DNA from: a virus
Taxonomy: Duplodnaviria; Caudoviricetes
Virus record (IMG/VR): IMGVR_UViG_3300036900_000129
Location: 1-57,729 of that record
Reading direction: 5' to 3' (one strand)
Length of the DNA: 57,729 bases
Every line of letters begins with the position of its first letter. Positions within the stretch are counted from its first letter, which is position 1. Under the pieces are notes generated by a model, which made no database searches, had not been told where the DNA came from, and saw nothing but the letters and a program-made list of their open reading frames with translations. Shown here one piece after another: positions 29,366 through 38,966 of this stretch. Both the position numbers and the translations under genes were made by a program.

Positions 29366-30412
29366 GTGACCCTCTTCATTCCCGACATGGGTTCCTTCCA
29401 GGCTGACATCAAGCTGACGGGTGCGCTGGCCGCGATCGTCAAGGTCACCGAGGGTGACTCCTACGTCAACCCGTTCTACCCGGCGCAGGCCAGCGAGGCA
29501 CGCCGGGTGGGGGCGTTCCAGCCTGCCTACCACTTCCTGCACCAGGGGTCAGCGGCCGCTCAGGCCAGCTGGGCGCACGTGCACGCCGGGGCGGTGCCGA
29601 TGATGATCGACGCTGAGCCGACGACGGGACTGGCCGGGAACATCAACCGCAGGTCGGTAGCCGCCCAGCCGCTCATGCGAACGACGGCCCTGCTGGCGTC
29701 CAGGCCGGGCATCAGTGACATCTGCGGTTTCACCGACGCCTACCGGAAACTCGGCGGGACCGTCTTCTGGGTGTACCTGCCGCACTGGTACTGGGTGGAG
29801 CTCGGCTCCCCGTCCCTCAAGCCGCTGGCTGACCGTGGGCTGCTGCTGTGGTCCAGCGCTTACACCACCTACACCGACGTGGACAGCGGCGCCGGGTGGC
29901 AGCGGTACGACAAGTACCTGGCCCCGCAGATGTGGCAGTACAGCTCGTCTGTCAGCTTCGGCGGTATCCATGACGTGGACTTTTCCGCGTTCCGCGGTAC
30001 GTTCCCCGGCAAGGAGGACCCGTTGTCGGTGGCGGAATGCCTGGCTGAGTTCGCGTCGCTGACGCTTACCGGCGCGCTTCCCCTGCCACCCGCAGCGGTG
30101 CTGCCGCCTGTGCGGGACTTCAAGGTCACAGCGGTGGGTGACAGCACCGTGCGGCTGCGATGGGATTCCCCGGCTGGCCCGTCACCGTTCACGGTCGGCT
30201 GGTACCAGGTCACCGTCCGCAGGCACGGGCAAGACCTGCCGTCCTACCCGCGCAAGGTCGACAAGGGCAGCAACCCGGAGAACCACCAGTTCGGGTCGCT
30301 GCCGCTGCATGAGCTTGAGCCGGGGGAGAAGCTGACAGCCTGGTGCCGTGCCGTTGACACCCCGCAGGAAACCCATGCTTCCCCCTGGAAGACCGCCCAG
30401 TTCCCAAACTAA
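29366..30412 (+). CDS. Endolysin: GH25 muramidase with C-terminal FnIII-like domain
   Basis: D.GSFQ, KVTEG, AYHFL, IDAE, WQYS and DVD motifs; VRLRWD..WYQVTV C-terminus. Confidence 0.85.
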   Translation: MTLFIPDMGSFQADIKLTGALAAIVKVTEGDSYVNPFYPAQASEARRVGAFQPAYHFLHQGSAAAQASWAHVHAGAVPMMIDAEPTTGLAGNINRRSVAAQPLMRTTALLASRPGISDICGFTDAYRKLGGTVFWVYLPHWYWVELGSPSLKPLADRGLLLWSSAYTTYTDVDSGAGWQRYDKYLAPQMWQYSSSVSFGGIHDVDFSAFRGTFPGKEDPLSVAECLAEFASLTLTGALPLPPAAVLPPVRDFKVTAVGDSTVRLRWDSPAGPSPFTVGWYQVTVRRHGQDLPSYPRKVDKGSNPENHQFGSLPLHELEPGEKLTAWCRAVDTPQETHASPWKTAQFPN

Positions 30413-30420
30413 GGAGCGCC

Positions 30421-30594
30421 TTGGCGCACGCAGACGCGCCCGCCCCTGCACTCAACACGTGGCTTCTCACCCTGTTCTGCGGGCATATCAGCGGCCTGCG
30501 GGACGGGCCGGTTCCCCTCCTGGTACATTGCGCCACATGCGGACAGGACAGTCACGTGGTACTGGCCGTCCGCCTGTCAGGAGGACCGCAATGA
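30421..30594 (+). CDS. Small zinc-finger-like protein (57 aa)
   Basis: AAGGAG RBS, TTG start, CGH..CATC, stop overlaps the holin ATG; not in the ORF track. Confidence 0.55.
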   Translation: MAHADAPAPALNTWLLTLFCGHISGLRDGPVPLLVHCATCGQDSHVVLAVRLSGGPQ

Positions 30595-30887
30595 CTAACC
30601 TCGTCGTGTCATGGATCCGCACCTTCACCCCGGTTCTCGTGGGCGGCCTGATCGCCTGGCTGGTACGGCAGGGCGTCAAGGTGGACGCCAGCGTGGCCCA
30701 GCCGCTCACGGAAGCGCTGACGGTGATCTTCACCGCCGCCTACTACTTCCTGGCGCGCACCCTGGAAACGTGGTGGCCGGGGTTCGGGTGGCTGCTCGGC
30801 GTCCCGAAGCGGCCGTCGTACCCGCCTGCTGAAGTCACCGCTGTGAACCGTCCAGGCGGGACGCACAGCAGCCCCGGGCGGATGTAA
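30591..30887 (+). CDS. Holin
   Basis: Two TM segments; IRT..P and YY...R.LE...P..GWLLG motifs of actinophage holins. Confidence 0.8.
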   Translation: MTNLVVSWIRTFTPVLVGGLIAWLVRQGVKVDASVAQPLTEALTVIFTAAYYFLARTLETWWPGFGWLLGVPKRPSYPPAEVTAVNRPGGTHSSPGRM

Positions 30888-30919
30888 GATGACGGTGGGG
30901 TAAAAGGTTGCACGCCTTG

Positions 30920-30965
30920 GAACGCCCGCCTGCTGTGCCCTTCAGGGAGCCGCAGGCGGGCGTTC
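30920..30965. terminator. Bidirectional terminator between the arms
   Basis: gaacgcccgcctgc / gcaggcgggcgttc. Confidence 0.75.
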
Positions 30966-30973
30966 TGCTTGCG

Positions 30974-31650
30974 CTAGCGGAAGCCGGTTGCGTCCACGGT
31001 GCCGAGCGGTGTCATCTGCCGCTCCAGTTCCTCCATCGTGACGGTGAAGTCGCATCCTTCCCCGTCGAACCCCTTGCACCGCCAGGTGTCCATGGCGAAG
31101 TCCAGGTGCATCTGCCCGTGGACGGGGCAGCGCGGCTGCGGGGCGGTATACACCATCCCGTTAACGAGGTCCGCCATGAGCACCGCCTTCCACCGGCCCG
31201 GTTGCGCCGCCGCCGCCCTGACCTGTGTAGCGGTACGTTATGCCCGGATTGACCGGCGTGCCCAGCGGCCCAGCCGGGTCGTGGTCACCCCCGCCACCCC
31301 CCCCGCCGTAGAACTCGACGCCGCCGCCGGCACCGCCGCCAGCGAACCGCACGGCTGGCACGTGCAGGACAACCTCACCAGCACTGAGCCCTAGCTGCGG
31401 GTGCCTGCGCAGCGCAGCGCGCAGCAGCTTCCACCGGCTGCACGTGATGGTGTAAAGACGGTCCATCTTCCCCTCCTGTGCCCTTCCGCCAGAAATGCAC
31501 GCAGGACAGCGAGCACTGCTTAAACCCTGGCAGGAACAGTCTCGTACAGCGCGGGCAGACCGGGGAGAACTGGGACAGGAACGGGAACCGCTGCTGGTGC
31601 TTACGGGTAAGGTTCAGCAGCCACAGCTCAACCCGTGCCCGCAGCATCAT
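30974..31650 (-). CDS. Three small hypothetical genes (30974-31177 Zn-ribbon-like, 31161-31466 Gly-rich, 31375-31650 Cys-rich)
   Basis: Overlapping ORFs with CPVH..C..C and CPRC..CSLSC motifs. Confidence 0.5.
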
Positions 31651-32168
31651 GCGGCTTCACCGAGGTAATCGATTGCGGCGGTTAGCCAGGATGCTGACTC
31701 GACAAAGCCGAGCGCCACGTTGCAGCCCTGGCAGACCAGCGCTCTCACCTTGCCGGTGATGTGGTTATGGTCAATCGACTTGGCTTCGCGGGTGCACGTG
31801 GCGATGGCGCACTTGCCGTCCTGCTCGAAGTACATCGCTTCCCACATCGGCTTATCAACGCCGTACCTGCGAATCAGTGCTCGCCACCGTTCAGTGGGCG
31901 CACATACCTTGCATAGCCGGTTAGACCGCCTGCCGCCGCGAGCAGTCATCTCAGTCCAGCACTGCGTGCAGCGGGCCGGTCGGACGGCTGCGCGTCGCCT
32001 GGCTGTTGTCTGTCCAGACTTGCAGCTTCGGCACCATGAGTGGAGCTTGTCGCGTGTCTCGGCGTGGCTGTTGAACTCGGTGACCGGCTTGGGTTTCCTG
32101 CATTTTGTGCAGGTTTTCAGCGGGACTGCGCTTGGTTCTCCTGCCACTTCGCCCCTGTCCACTTCCAT
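31647..32168 (-). CDS. Endonuclease VII-family protein with N-terminal Zn fingers
   Basis: QDGKCAI..C..IDHNHITGKVRALVCQGCNVALG; start uncertain. Confidence 0.88.
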   Translation of the reverse strand: MEVDRGEVAGEPSAVPLKTCTKCRKPKPVTEFNSHAETRDKLHSWCRSCKSGQTTARRRAAVRPARCTQCWTEMTARGGRRSNRLCKVCAPTERWRALIRRYGVDKPMWEAMYFEQDGKCAIATCTREAKSIDHNHITGKVRALVCQGCNVALGFVESASWLTAAIDYLGEAA

Positions 32169-32725
32169 GCCCCTGTCCACTGGCCGGCCGGGAGAAGTGC
32201 ACCGATGTCATCAGGTGCGACGTATCCTGCCCAGCGGTTGTCTTCGAACAAGTGCACGTTACCGGCTTGTTTGCAGGCGTCCGCTAGCTGGGAGCACATC
32301 ATGTGGCCGGTTGCCTTGATGAAGCCGCGCAGCCCGGGGACGGGTACATGCCAGCGGCGGGCGGCGATCGCTGCGTAGTCCAGCCAGGAATACGGCACCC
32401 CGTGCGGTCCCCATGGTCCCGGCTGGGTGTAGCGCGCCGCAGCAGCAGCAACCGCCGCATTAGTCGGCAGCACGCCGGTTGACCACTGGTGCGGCACGTC
32501 CTCGTAATGCCACGGGACCAGCACAGCACCGCTGGCTTCAGCTTCCGCGATGGTGATCTCCCCGTGCAGCGACACGCTCGTGCACACGCACACGTGATTC
32601 CACTGGGAGAACTTCCGGGTGGACAGCCACTGCAACAGCTGCACCGCCGCGCTGGCCTGGTTCAGCGTGTTGACCACGCACAGGTCACCAGGCTCAGGCA
32701 ACACATCAGTCATGGGCACCACCAT
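32117..32725 (-). CDS. Permuted papain-like (NlpC/P60, YiiX/YebB-type) amidase/peptidase
   Basis: PGD..WNHV..EA..PYS..MCSQL, with His preceding Cys. Confidence 0.75.
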   Translation of the reverse strand: MVVPMTDVLPEPGDLCVVNTLNQASAAVQLLQWLSTRKFSQWNHVCVCTSVSLHGEITIAEAEASGAVLVPWHYEDVPHQWSTGVLPTNAAVAAAAARYTQPGPWGPHGVPYSWLDYAAIAARRWHVPVPGLRGFIKATGHMMCSQLADACKQAGNVHLFEDNRWAGYVAPDDIGALLPAGQWTGAWKWTGAKWQENQAQSR

Positions 32726-32784
32726 GACACAAAGCAGCGCCGCCAGGGGACTACCTTCCCTTGACGGCGCTGCGACCTGCTGCT

Positions 32785-32973
32785 CTACTTGCCGGCCCGT
32801 CGTTGCGTGCCGCTGACGGTGGCAGCGGCCTGTGCACGGCGTGCGACCACTTCCCTGCGGCGTGTTTCCGTGCCGCTGTTCTCGTTGGCCAGAGCCCGCA
32901 TCTCCCGCTCATCCAGGTTGCCGTCCCGGGCATCACGACCCGGCCGCATCCACCCTCGCGCATCCCGTGGCAT
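32785..32973 (-). CDS. Small charged protein (NENSG motif)
   Basis: GGAGG RBS; motif shared with neighbours. Confidence 0.6.
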   Translation of the reverse strand: MPRDARGWMRPGRDARDGNLDEREMRALANENSGTETRRREVVARRAQAAATVSGTQRRAGK

Positions 32974-32976
32974 GGG

Positions 32977-33150
32977 TTACTGCCTCCCCTTAGCGCGCAG
33001 TTGAGCCTCAGCAGCGCGTTCCCTGATCGCAGCCGCACGGTCAGCTTGCGATCCCTCGTTCTCCGCTTCCTGCGCCTCACCTTCCCGGCGAGGCCAGAAG
33101 TCGTAGCGGCGGGCGTACCCGTCGCTGTCCAGGTCGCTTCTCTTCGGCAT
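32977..33150 (-). CDS. Small charged protein (57 aa, AENEGS motif)
   Basis: MPKRSDLDSDGYARRYDFWPRREGEAQEAENEGSQADRAAAIRERAAEAQLRAKGRQ; not in the ORF track. Confidence 0.6.
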   Translation of the reverse strand: MPKRSDLDSDGYARRYDFWPRREGEAQEAENEGSQADRAAAIRERAAEAQLRAKGRQ

Positions 33151-33222
33151 CCGGGGTACCTACTTTCCTGTCTTCTTGCCCTGCTTAGCAGACTGCCGGC
33201 CAGGGAACTCGTTCTCAGCCGC

Positions 33223-33471
33223 CTAGTGCCTGCGGTCGTACTCGCTGCCGTTCACCCGGCCGCGGATCGTCTGAGCGGTCATGTTCAGCCCGAACGGCCT
33301 GCCGTTCTCCCGGTTCAGCGCGATCTCCTCACGCCGGCTGAGCCCGGCGTTCGACGCGTCGACAGCCGGGGACTTGTCATCCCCCGCCTTGTCCTTGCCC
33401 CAGAGCGCTGACTTGAGCCGCTGCGCTTCCTGGCCCCGCTTGCCTTCCCTGGGATGTCCGGCGCGTGTCAT
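33223..33471 (-). CDS. Small charged protein, possibly truncated by an amber stop
   Basis: ATGA overlap with the upstream gene; frame continues to 33160 after the TAG. Confidence 0.6.
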   Translation of the reverse strand: MTRAGHPREGKRGQEAQRLKSALWGKDKAGDDKSPAVDASNAGLSRREEIALNRENGRPFGLNMTAQTIRGRVNGSEYDRRH

Positions 33472-33770
33472 GGCTTGGCCGGCGGGGTAAGGACGGGGTT
33501 GCCGCCCCATTCCTCGTCGTCACGGGCCAGGTCCGCGATGACGCCTTCCGGGTCTACCCGCTCCAGGGTGAGCCCGACCTTGGCGCGGATGTCAAGCAGC
33601 TTGCTGGTGTGCCCGGCGTACAGGTGCACGCCGAGGCTGGCCAGTTCCGCGCGGGCGCTGATCACCGCGATGCGCTCAGCGGTGCTGCCGCTGTTCTCGT
33701 TCCCGAGCGCGACTTCCCGCAGCTCGGCCAGCGCCGTCAGGTCCCTGTCCAGTTCAATGGTTCCGGGCAT
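33468..33770 (-). CDS. Hypothetical protein (NENSG motif)
   Basis: GAGGAGG RBS. Confidence 0.75.
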   Translation of the reverse strand: MPGTIELDRDLTALAELREVALGNENSGSTAERIAVISARAELASLGVHLYAGHTSKLLDIRAKVGLTLERVDPEGVIADLARDDEEWGGNPVLTPPAKP

Positions 33771-33855
33771 CGGGCACCTCCCTCTCTTGTTAGGTACCTG
33801 GCATCATACACGTGCGTACTGGCGATCTGGCGTATGGCAAGGTCAGGGTATGCGA

Positions 33856-33886
33856 CAGGCCCCGGCCTGCTGGGGTCCGGGGCCTG
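33856..33886 (-). terminator. Hairpin terminator
   Basis: caggccccgg / ccggggcctg. Confidence 0.55.
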
Positions 33887-33935
33887 CTGGAATTGCATGA
33901 CCTACGTTACGGCACGGTGAGCGTGAACGCCAGCG

Positions 33936-34763
33936 TCACGGCTGGGCTGCCCGCAGCGGAACAAGCTCCCCCGCTACCTCGGTGACAGCTTCGATGGTGA
34001 CCAGGTGACAGCGGCCTTCCAGTGCGCGCAGCAGCGGCGTGTCCAGGCACGCGTACCGGCCTGCTGTCACCTCAATCCACGTGTACCCGTCATGGTCACG
34101 GTAGACGGGCAGGTACAGGGGGCTCGCGGTCAGCAGGTCATCTGGGACTGCTTCACCTGTGATCACGGCACCGTCAAGTTGACGTGTCATCTGCATGTTC
34201 CTCTCTCGGTAGGATCTTCTGCTGCACGTACCTGGTGACCGCTTCATAGGCATCCGGTGGGACGCTGGGGAGCCGTTGCCCGTGGAAGCGTTCCGCACGC
34301 AGCGTCCCGTCGAGGAACCGCATGACGTAAACGATGCCGAACTCGTCCACGTTGATCACCCTGAACAGGATGCCGTCCGGGAGCCGCTGGTATTCAGCAA
34401 CATCTGCGGTCATCACAGCAGTCCTCTCTCAGCATGCCATGCGGCCCACACGATGCGGGCCTGGCTGTCAGCCCATACGGTGCGGGTCTCGATGCTGGCC
34501 TGGCAGGTGCAGGTGAGTTCCAGGTCCCGTTCCCTGGTCGGTTTCAACCGCAACTGGTGTTCCGCCTGGTCGTCTTCCATGGGCGGCCAGTGCGGCAGTG
34601 CCAGCCCGCCCTGAACCGGCCCCGGGCGGCGGGCGTGCGCCTGGAGTATGGCGGGGTCTGGTAGCGGTGAGGTATGCCCCATCCGCCCGGTGGCCAGGCC
34701 AAGCAGGAACGTGACCTGCTTACGCCACAGCGCAGCAGGATCGACGGCTGACCAGGTGTTCAC
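33936..34763 (-). CDS. Three hypothetical genes (33936-34196, 34174-34416, 34413-34763)
   Basis: Overlapping starts/stops with GAGAGG or GAGG RBSs. Confidence 0.65.
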
Positions 34764-35398
34764 CCTGGCACCTCCTCATCCGCTGCCGGGAGGACGTTGC
34801 GCACGTGCTCGATGGTGTAACCGCCCGGTGGCTGGAGGCTCAGGCCGAGCACGTCGATGCGTATCTCCTGGCTGGTAAGCCCTAGGCCCTGCTGCTGCCT
34901 GACCCAGATGCCGGCCAGCATCCGCATCTCCCTGGCTGTCTTGGCCGGCAGGTGATGCAGCGGCCGGTGGAAACGGCCTGCGCTGTCAGCCATCCGCAGG
35001 TACACCGCTACCAGCTGCCCACGGTCGCTGGCGATGACTGACAGGCCGCCGGCGTCGCAGCACCAGTTGCGGTCAAGGACCATCATGCGGGCGGCGCTGC
35101 GCAGGTAGTCAGCGGCGGCGTCCACCGTCGTGATACCTGGTGCGGGCCTGGGCTCACGGCGTGGCAGCGGCAGGTTCTCGCTGATCTCACGGGCCAGTTC
35201 CCGCAGGTCGCTTTCCTCTATCCACAGGCCGGTGACCGGGTTGCCGTTGGCATCGCGGATCACGCAGGCCCACGGGCCTCCGTGCTGCGGGATGGTCAGG
35301 CGCATCATCTGCGGTTCCCGGTTTGCTGCATGCCCGGGTGACTGCCCTTCGGTGATGACCAGGATGGTGTTCCCGTGCTGGTCACTGGTGATTTCCAT
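34760..35398 (-). CDS. YraN/UPF0102-like protein, degenerate, with extra N-terminal domain
   Basis: AAADYL..MVLDRNWCCDAGGLSVIA..IRIDVLGL..IEHVRNV. Confidence 0.7.
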   Translation of the reverse strand: MEITSDQHGNTILVITEGQSPGHAANREPQMMRLTIPQHGGPWACVIRDANGNPVTGLWIEESDLRELAREISENLPLPRREPRPAPGITTVDAAADYLRSAARMMVLDRNWCCDAGGLSVIASDRGQLVAVYLRMADSAGRFHRPLHHLPAKTAREMRMLAGIWVRQQQGLGLTSQEIRIDVLGLSLQPPGGYTIEHVRNVLPAADEEVPG

Positions 35399-35422
35399 CG
35401 GTGTTTCTCCTCTCTCAGCACC

Positions 35423-35448
35423 AGTGTACCGCCCACATGTGAGGCGTT
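35423..35448 (-). promoter_or_regulatory. Promoter with degenerate ACATGT operator
   Basis: Minus strand cctcACATGTgggcggTACACT. Confidence 0.5.
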
Positions 35449-35485
35449 ACCTGGCTACTTTTCCACGACACAAAGGGCTAGCCAC

Positions 35486-35794
35486 TCAGCCCATTACCTC
35501 CAAGGAGTCCACGGTGCGGCCCTTGACGTTGGCCATTACCACGCTGATGCAGTCAGCTCGCCTGCCGTGCGCCTGCATCCACCGGCTCAGTGCCCGCCGC
35601 AGCAGCCGCACACGGGAATCGCTGAGCTTCGTCAGCGCGGATGCCGGGCGGATCATCACGACGATGATCACGCCGTTCTGCTCCGCTACCAGGTCCAGGT
35701 GATGGGCTTCCTGCGGGTCCTGCCAGTCACGGTCAAGGACCGTGATGCCGTGCCCGGCCAGGTGCTCCGCGACCATCTCCGTCAGATCGTTCAT
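35486..35794 (-). CDS. YraN/UPF0102-like protein, degenerate
   Basis: VAEHLAGHGITVLDRDW..LDLVAEQNGVIIVVMIR..LRR....W. Confidence 0.65.
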   Translation of the reverse strand: MNDLTEMVAEHLAGHGITVLDRDWQDPQEAHHLDLVAEQNGVIIVVMIRPASALTKLSDSRVRLLRRALSRWMQAHGRRADCISVVMANVKGRTVDSLEVMG

Positions 35795-38700
35795 GTGATG
35801 TCCTGCACCCTGCTCCTGGCGGCCTCCCGCAGCCGGTTAGCGACCACCTCCCGCACCGTGTCGTCGCCGGCGTCAACACCCAGGTCAGCAAGCATGCGCT
35901 GTAGCGCCGCCGCCAGGGTCTCGGCCCGCTGCTCCAGTTGCTCAGGTGCCGGGTCACCGGCCCGCTCGATCACGTACCGGTCCCCCGGCTCGATCACGTG
36001 CGGGGCCTGCACCATGCCGACCAGCGCACGGGCCAGGCCCCGCTGGTCGGTGGTCTGCACGTACCGGCCGCCGTCCGCCGTGCACAGCGTGAACAAGAAC
36101 TGGTTGTCATCGTCAGGTGGTTCGGTGATGCTGTCGATAAACGCAGCTACCCCCGCCAGGAACGCCGTCTGTGCCTGTTCCGCCATCATGACCTGCTCCT
36201 GCTGCTGCACCCGCATGGTGTGCGTGTCGGCAACCTGGGCGATGCTCGGTGCCATGCGCAGGGCGATGAACTCAGCCAAGGCAGCCGGCTCAGCCTCCTG
36301 CCATGGTGTTCCCTCGGTCTTCGTCCACTTCGCCAGGCAGATCCGTACGCCGCCAGCGATGGCCTCACGCAGGTCTGTGCTCCGCACCATGACGGACGGT
36401 GCTGCCTCTGGCTGCGGCAGCGGGTACCTGTGCGCCCACTGCTCGAACGCCACCTGCGGATTCCACGTGACCGCCCCCTGCGGGTGCGGCGTGTAGAACA
36501 CCAGCGTGTACGGGTCACCCTGCCTGATCAGCAGGTGCACCCCCGCCAGGCGTGTCCCGTGCGGTACCTCCGGTAGGGCACTCAGCGGAATTTCGCCGGG
36601 CTCCCGTTCAGCGAACACGACGCTTGCCTCAGCGGGCCGGCCGGTCTCGAACCGGATCACCTGCCCGTCCGCGAGCACAGCGGTAAACCGCACCTGTAGC
36701 GCCTCAGCCAGGACACCCTGATCATTCATCGCTGCTCTCCTCACCGGCCAGGTGCTCCCTGGCTAGCCGTTCCACCTCAGCCCAGAATGCGTCGGTGGCG
36801 TTCTGCTCCCAGGCGCCGATCATGTCGGGAAGCGGCAGATCATAGCTCCATTCGACATTGAGGTCAGCCAGGAGTTCGTCTTCACTGCTGGCCGGTTCCT
36901 GGTCGGCCAGCTCGTCCTTGGCTGGGTCGCCGTCCTCAATCCACTTCAGGACCGTCCGGTAGGTGCGCTCGGTGGTCTTACCGTCGAACACCCACGACGC
37001 GGCGTCCTTCCCCGCGTCCACGCCGAGCGCGGCGGCCCTGGCGATCAGGTCTTCCTCCCGGGCGGCAGCAGCCAGGGTGAACAGGTCAGCGGTCTTGAGG
37101 CGGAATGCCACGGTGCGTCCTCCTGCGGTAACCCAGGCGCATGCGGACTCACCCAGCCCGTCCCACTCCACGCAGAGCAGGGTCGGTAGCCCCTCAGCCC
37201 GGCCTGGTTCCTCGGTGACGGTGATCAGCCGGTGCCCTTCGGGGGTGTGGTCGTCTGTGGTGCTCATGACGTGATCCCCTGCCGTTCCCGCTCAGCGGCT
37301 TGCGCTGCTTCACCGTGGGTGCCGGCGAGGCGTTCCGCAGCGCACCAGGGGCAGCCAGGTGCGAAACCGGAATGCTCGTCGCAGTGCACCGCGTACCGGA
37401 CGCCGTCGCGCCAGCCGGCCCGGTACTGCGGGAAGCCGGGATCAGACCATGCGGGCTTACCGCCGTTGAGCCTGCGGAAGTAAGCTGCGCACTCACGTTC
37501 GGTGCCGGTGTCTCGGCCTTGGAGCCACTGGCGGGCGAAGGCGTGCATGTTCCGGATGGCTACCTGGTGATACCAGGCGTCCAGGAGCGCTGACCGTTCG
37601 TCGGCGGCAGCAACATGATCGAGCTTCCCGTAACTGGGGTCCAGGTCAAGCAGTGCAGTGAACGCCAGGCTCGGGTCCAGGTCAGTCGGTTGCATCGGGT
37701 TCTCCTAGTCGGCGCAGGCGCGGGACGTCATCGAAGGGCTGAGATGATGGTGCTTCCGGGGTATCCCCTGGTACCGGGGTCAGGATGATCTCGTCCACGG
37801 GCAGGTCAGTGACCTTGGACCCCCAAAAGGTCGCCACGGTTGCCTGCTCGGTGTCCAGCGGCCAGCATGCGCCGTTGACCAGGACGGTGGCGCTGACAAG
37901 CTTCATCAGGCCGCTTGGCTCACGCCGGTAGGTGACGTTGATGCCTTCCAGGTGCAGCAGCCGCACAGCTAGCGGCTGCTCGTTGAACAACGGGGTGATC
38001 GGGTCTTGCACTGGTGTTCCTCTCTCGGTTTGCGCGCGGTTTGCGCGCATTGCTATTCCCTGATGGCCTGGTCTACGGGAACCAGCCCGGCCAGTTGCAC
38101 GATCTCGTCGTTCACACGGCCACCGGTCAGCGCGTAGTACGCCTCCACGAACGAACTGAACGCGGCCGGGTCAAGCGGCTGCGCGTCACGGAACCGCTGC
38201 GGCAGCTCACCCCCGGCCGCTGCTACCAGCCGGTCGTAGGCGTCCTGTAGCTGCGCCTGCCACTGGCTGGCCAGCCTGACCACGACCATGTGCTGCTCTG
38301 GGTCAACGTGCACGGTGCTTTCCTCCTCTTTGCCTGGCCGGCTTCCCGGTCAGCCGTGCGCGTGCACGCCTGCACAGGTTGCCGGCGATCATGGCGATCT
38401 CGGCGTACTCCTCCCAGATCGTCCAGCGGGCCGCCTCTGCCTCCTCAGCACGCCAGGCGGCTTCCTGGTCCAGCACCTCCCGCATCGCGTCCTCACGGCT
38501 CATGCCGCCCGCAACGCGGTCCTCGATAGCCTGCTGCACCAGCACGCGGTCCCGGTAGCTTCGCGTGCTCACGGTGCTAGCGCTTCATCGATGGACTCCT
38601 GCCGATACGGCTGAATCTGGGCGGCGCAGGTCGGGCAGATGCCGTACCTGTGCTCGCGCCCGTCCTCGGGCATCGATGTGACCGCGTAGCCGGCTTCATG

Positions 38701-38966
38701 CCAGCGGCGCATCTCAGCTTGCGCGGCTTCAACGAACCGCCCGTTGGCTGACCCGTTGTCCACGTGCACGACTGTTTTCATCCTGCTGCCTCGGCTTCCT
38801 CAAGAACCGCCTCAACCTTGGCGGCGTCGTAACCCAGCCAGCCTGAGTCATGGTCACGGTGCTCATGCTGGTGCTGGTCTACGTTCTCGCTGTGCGGCCG
38901 GGCGATCGCCATCGGGTCGCAGTGAACACCGACCAGGTGCAGCGCTAGCTCCTCCGCTTCGGTCAT
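35791..38966 (-). CDS. Eight hypothetical genes (35791-36729, 36722-37267, 37264-37695, 37682-38011, 38053-38313, 38303-38572, 38569-38781, 38778-38966)
   Basis: Translationally coupled ORFs with RBSs; no family recognised. Confidence 0.7.
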
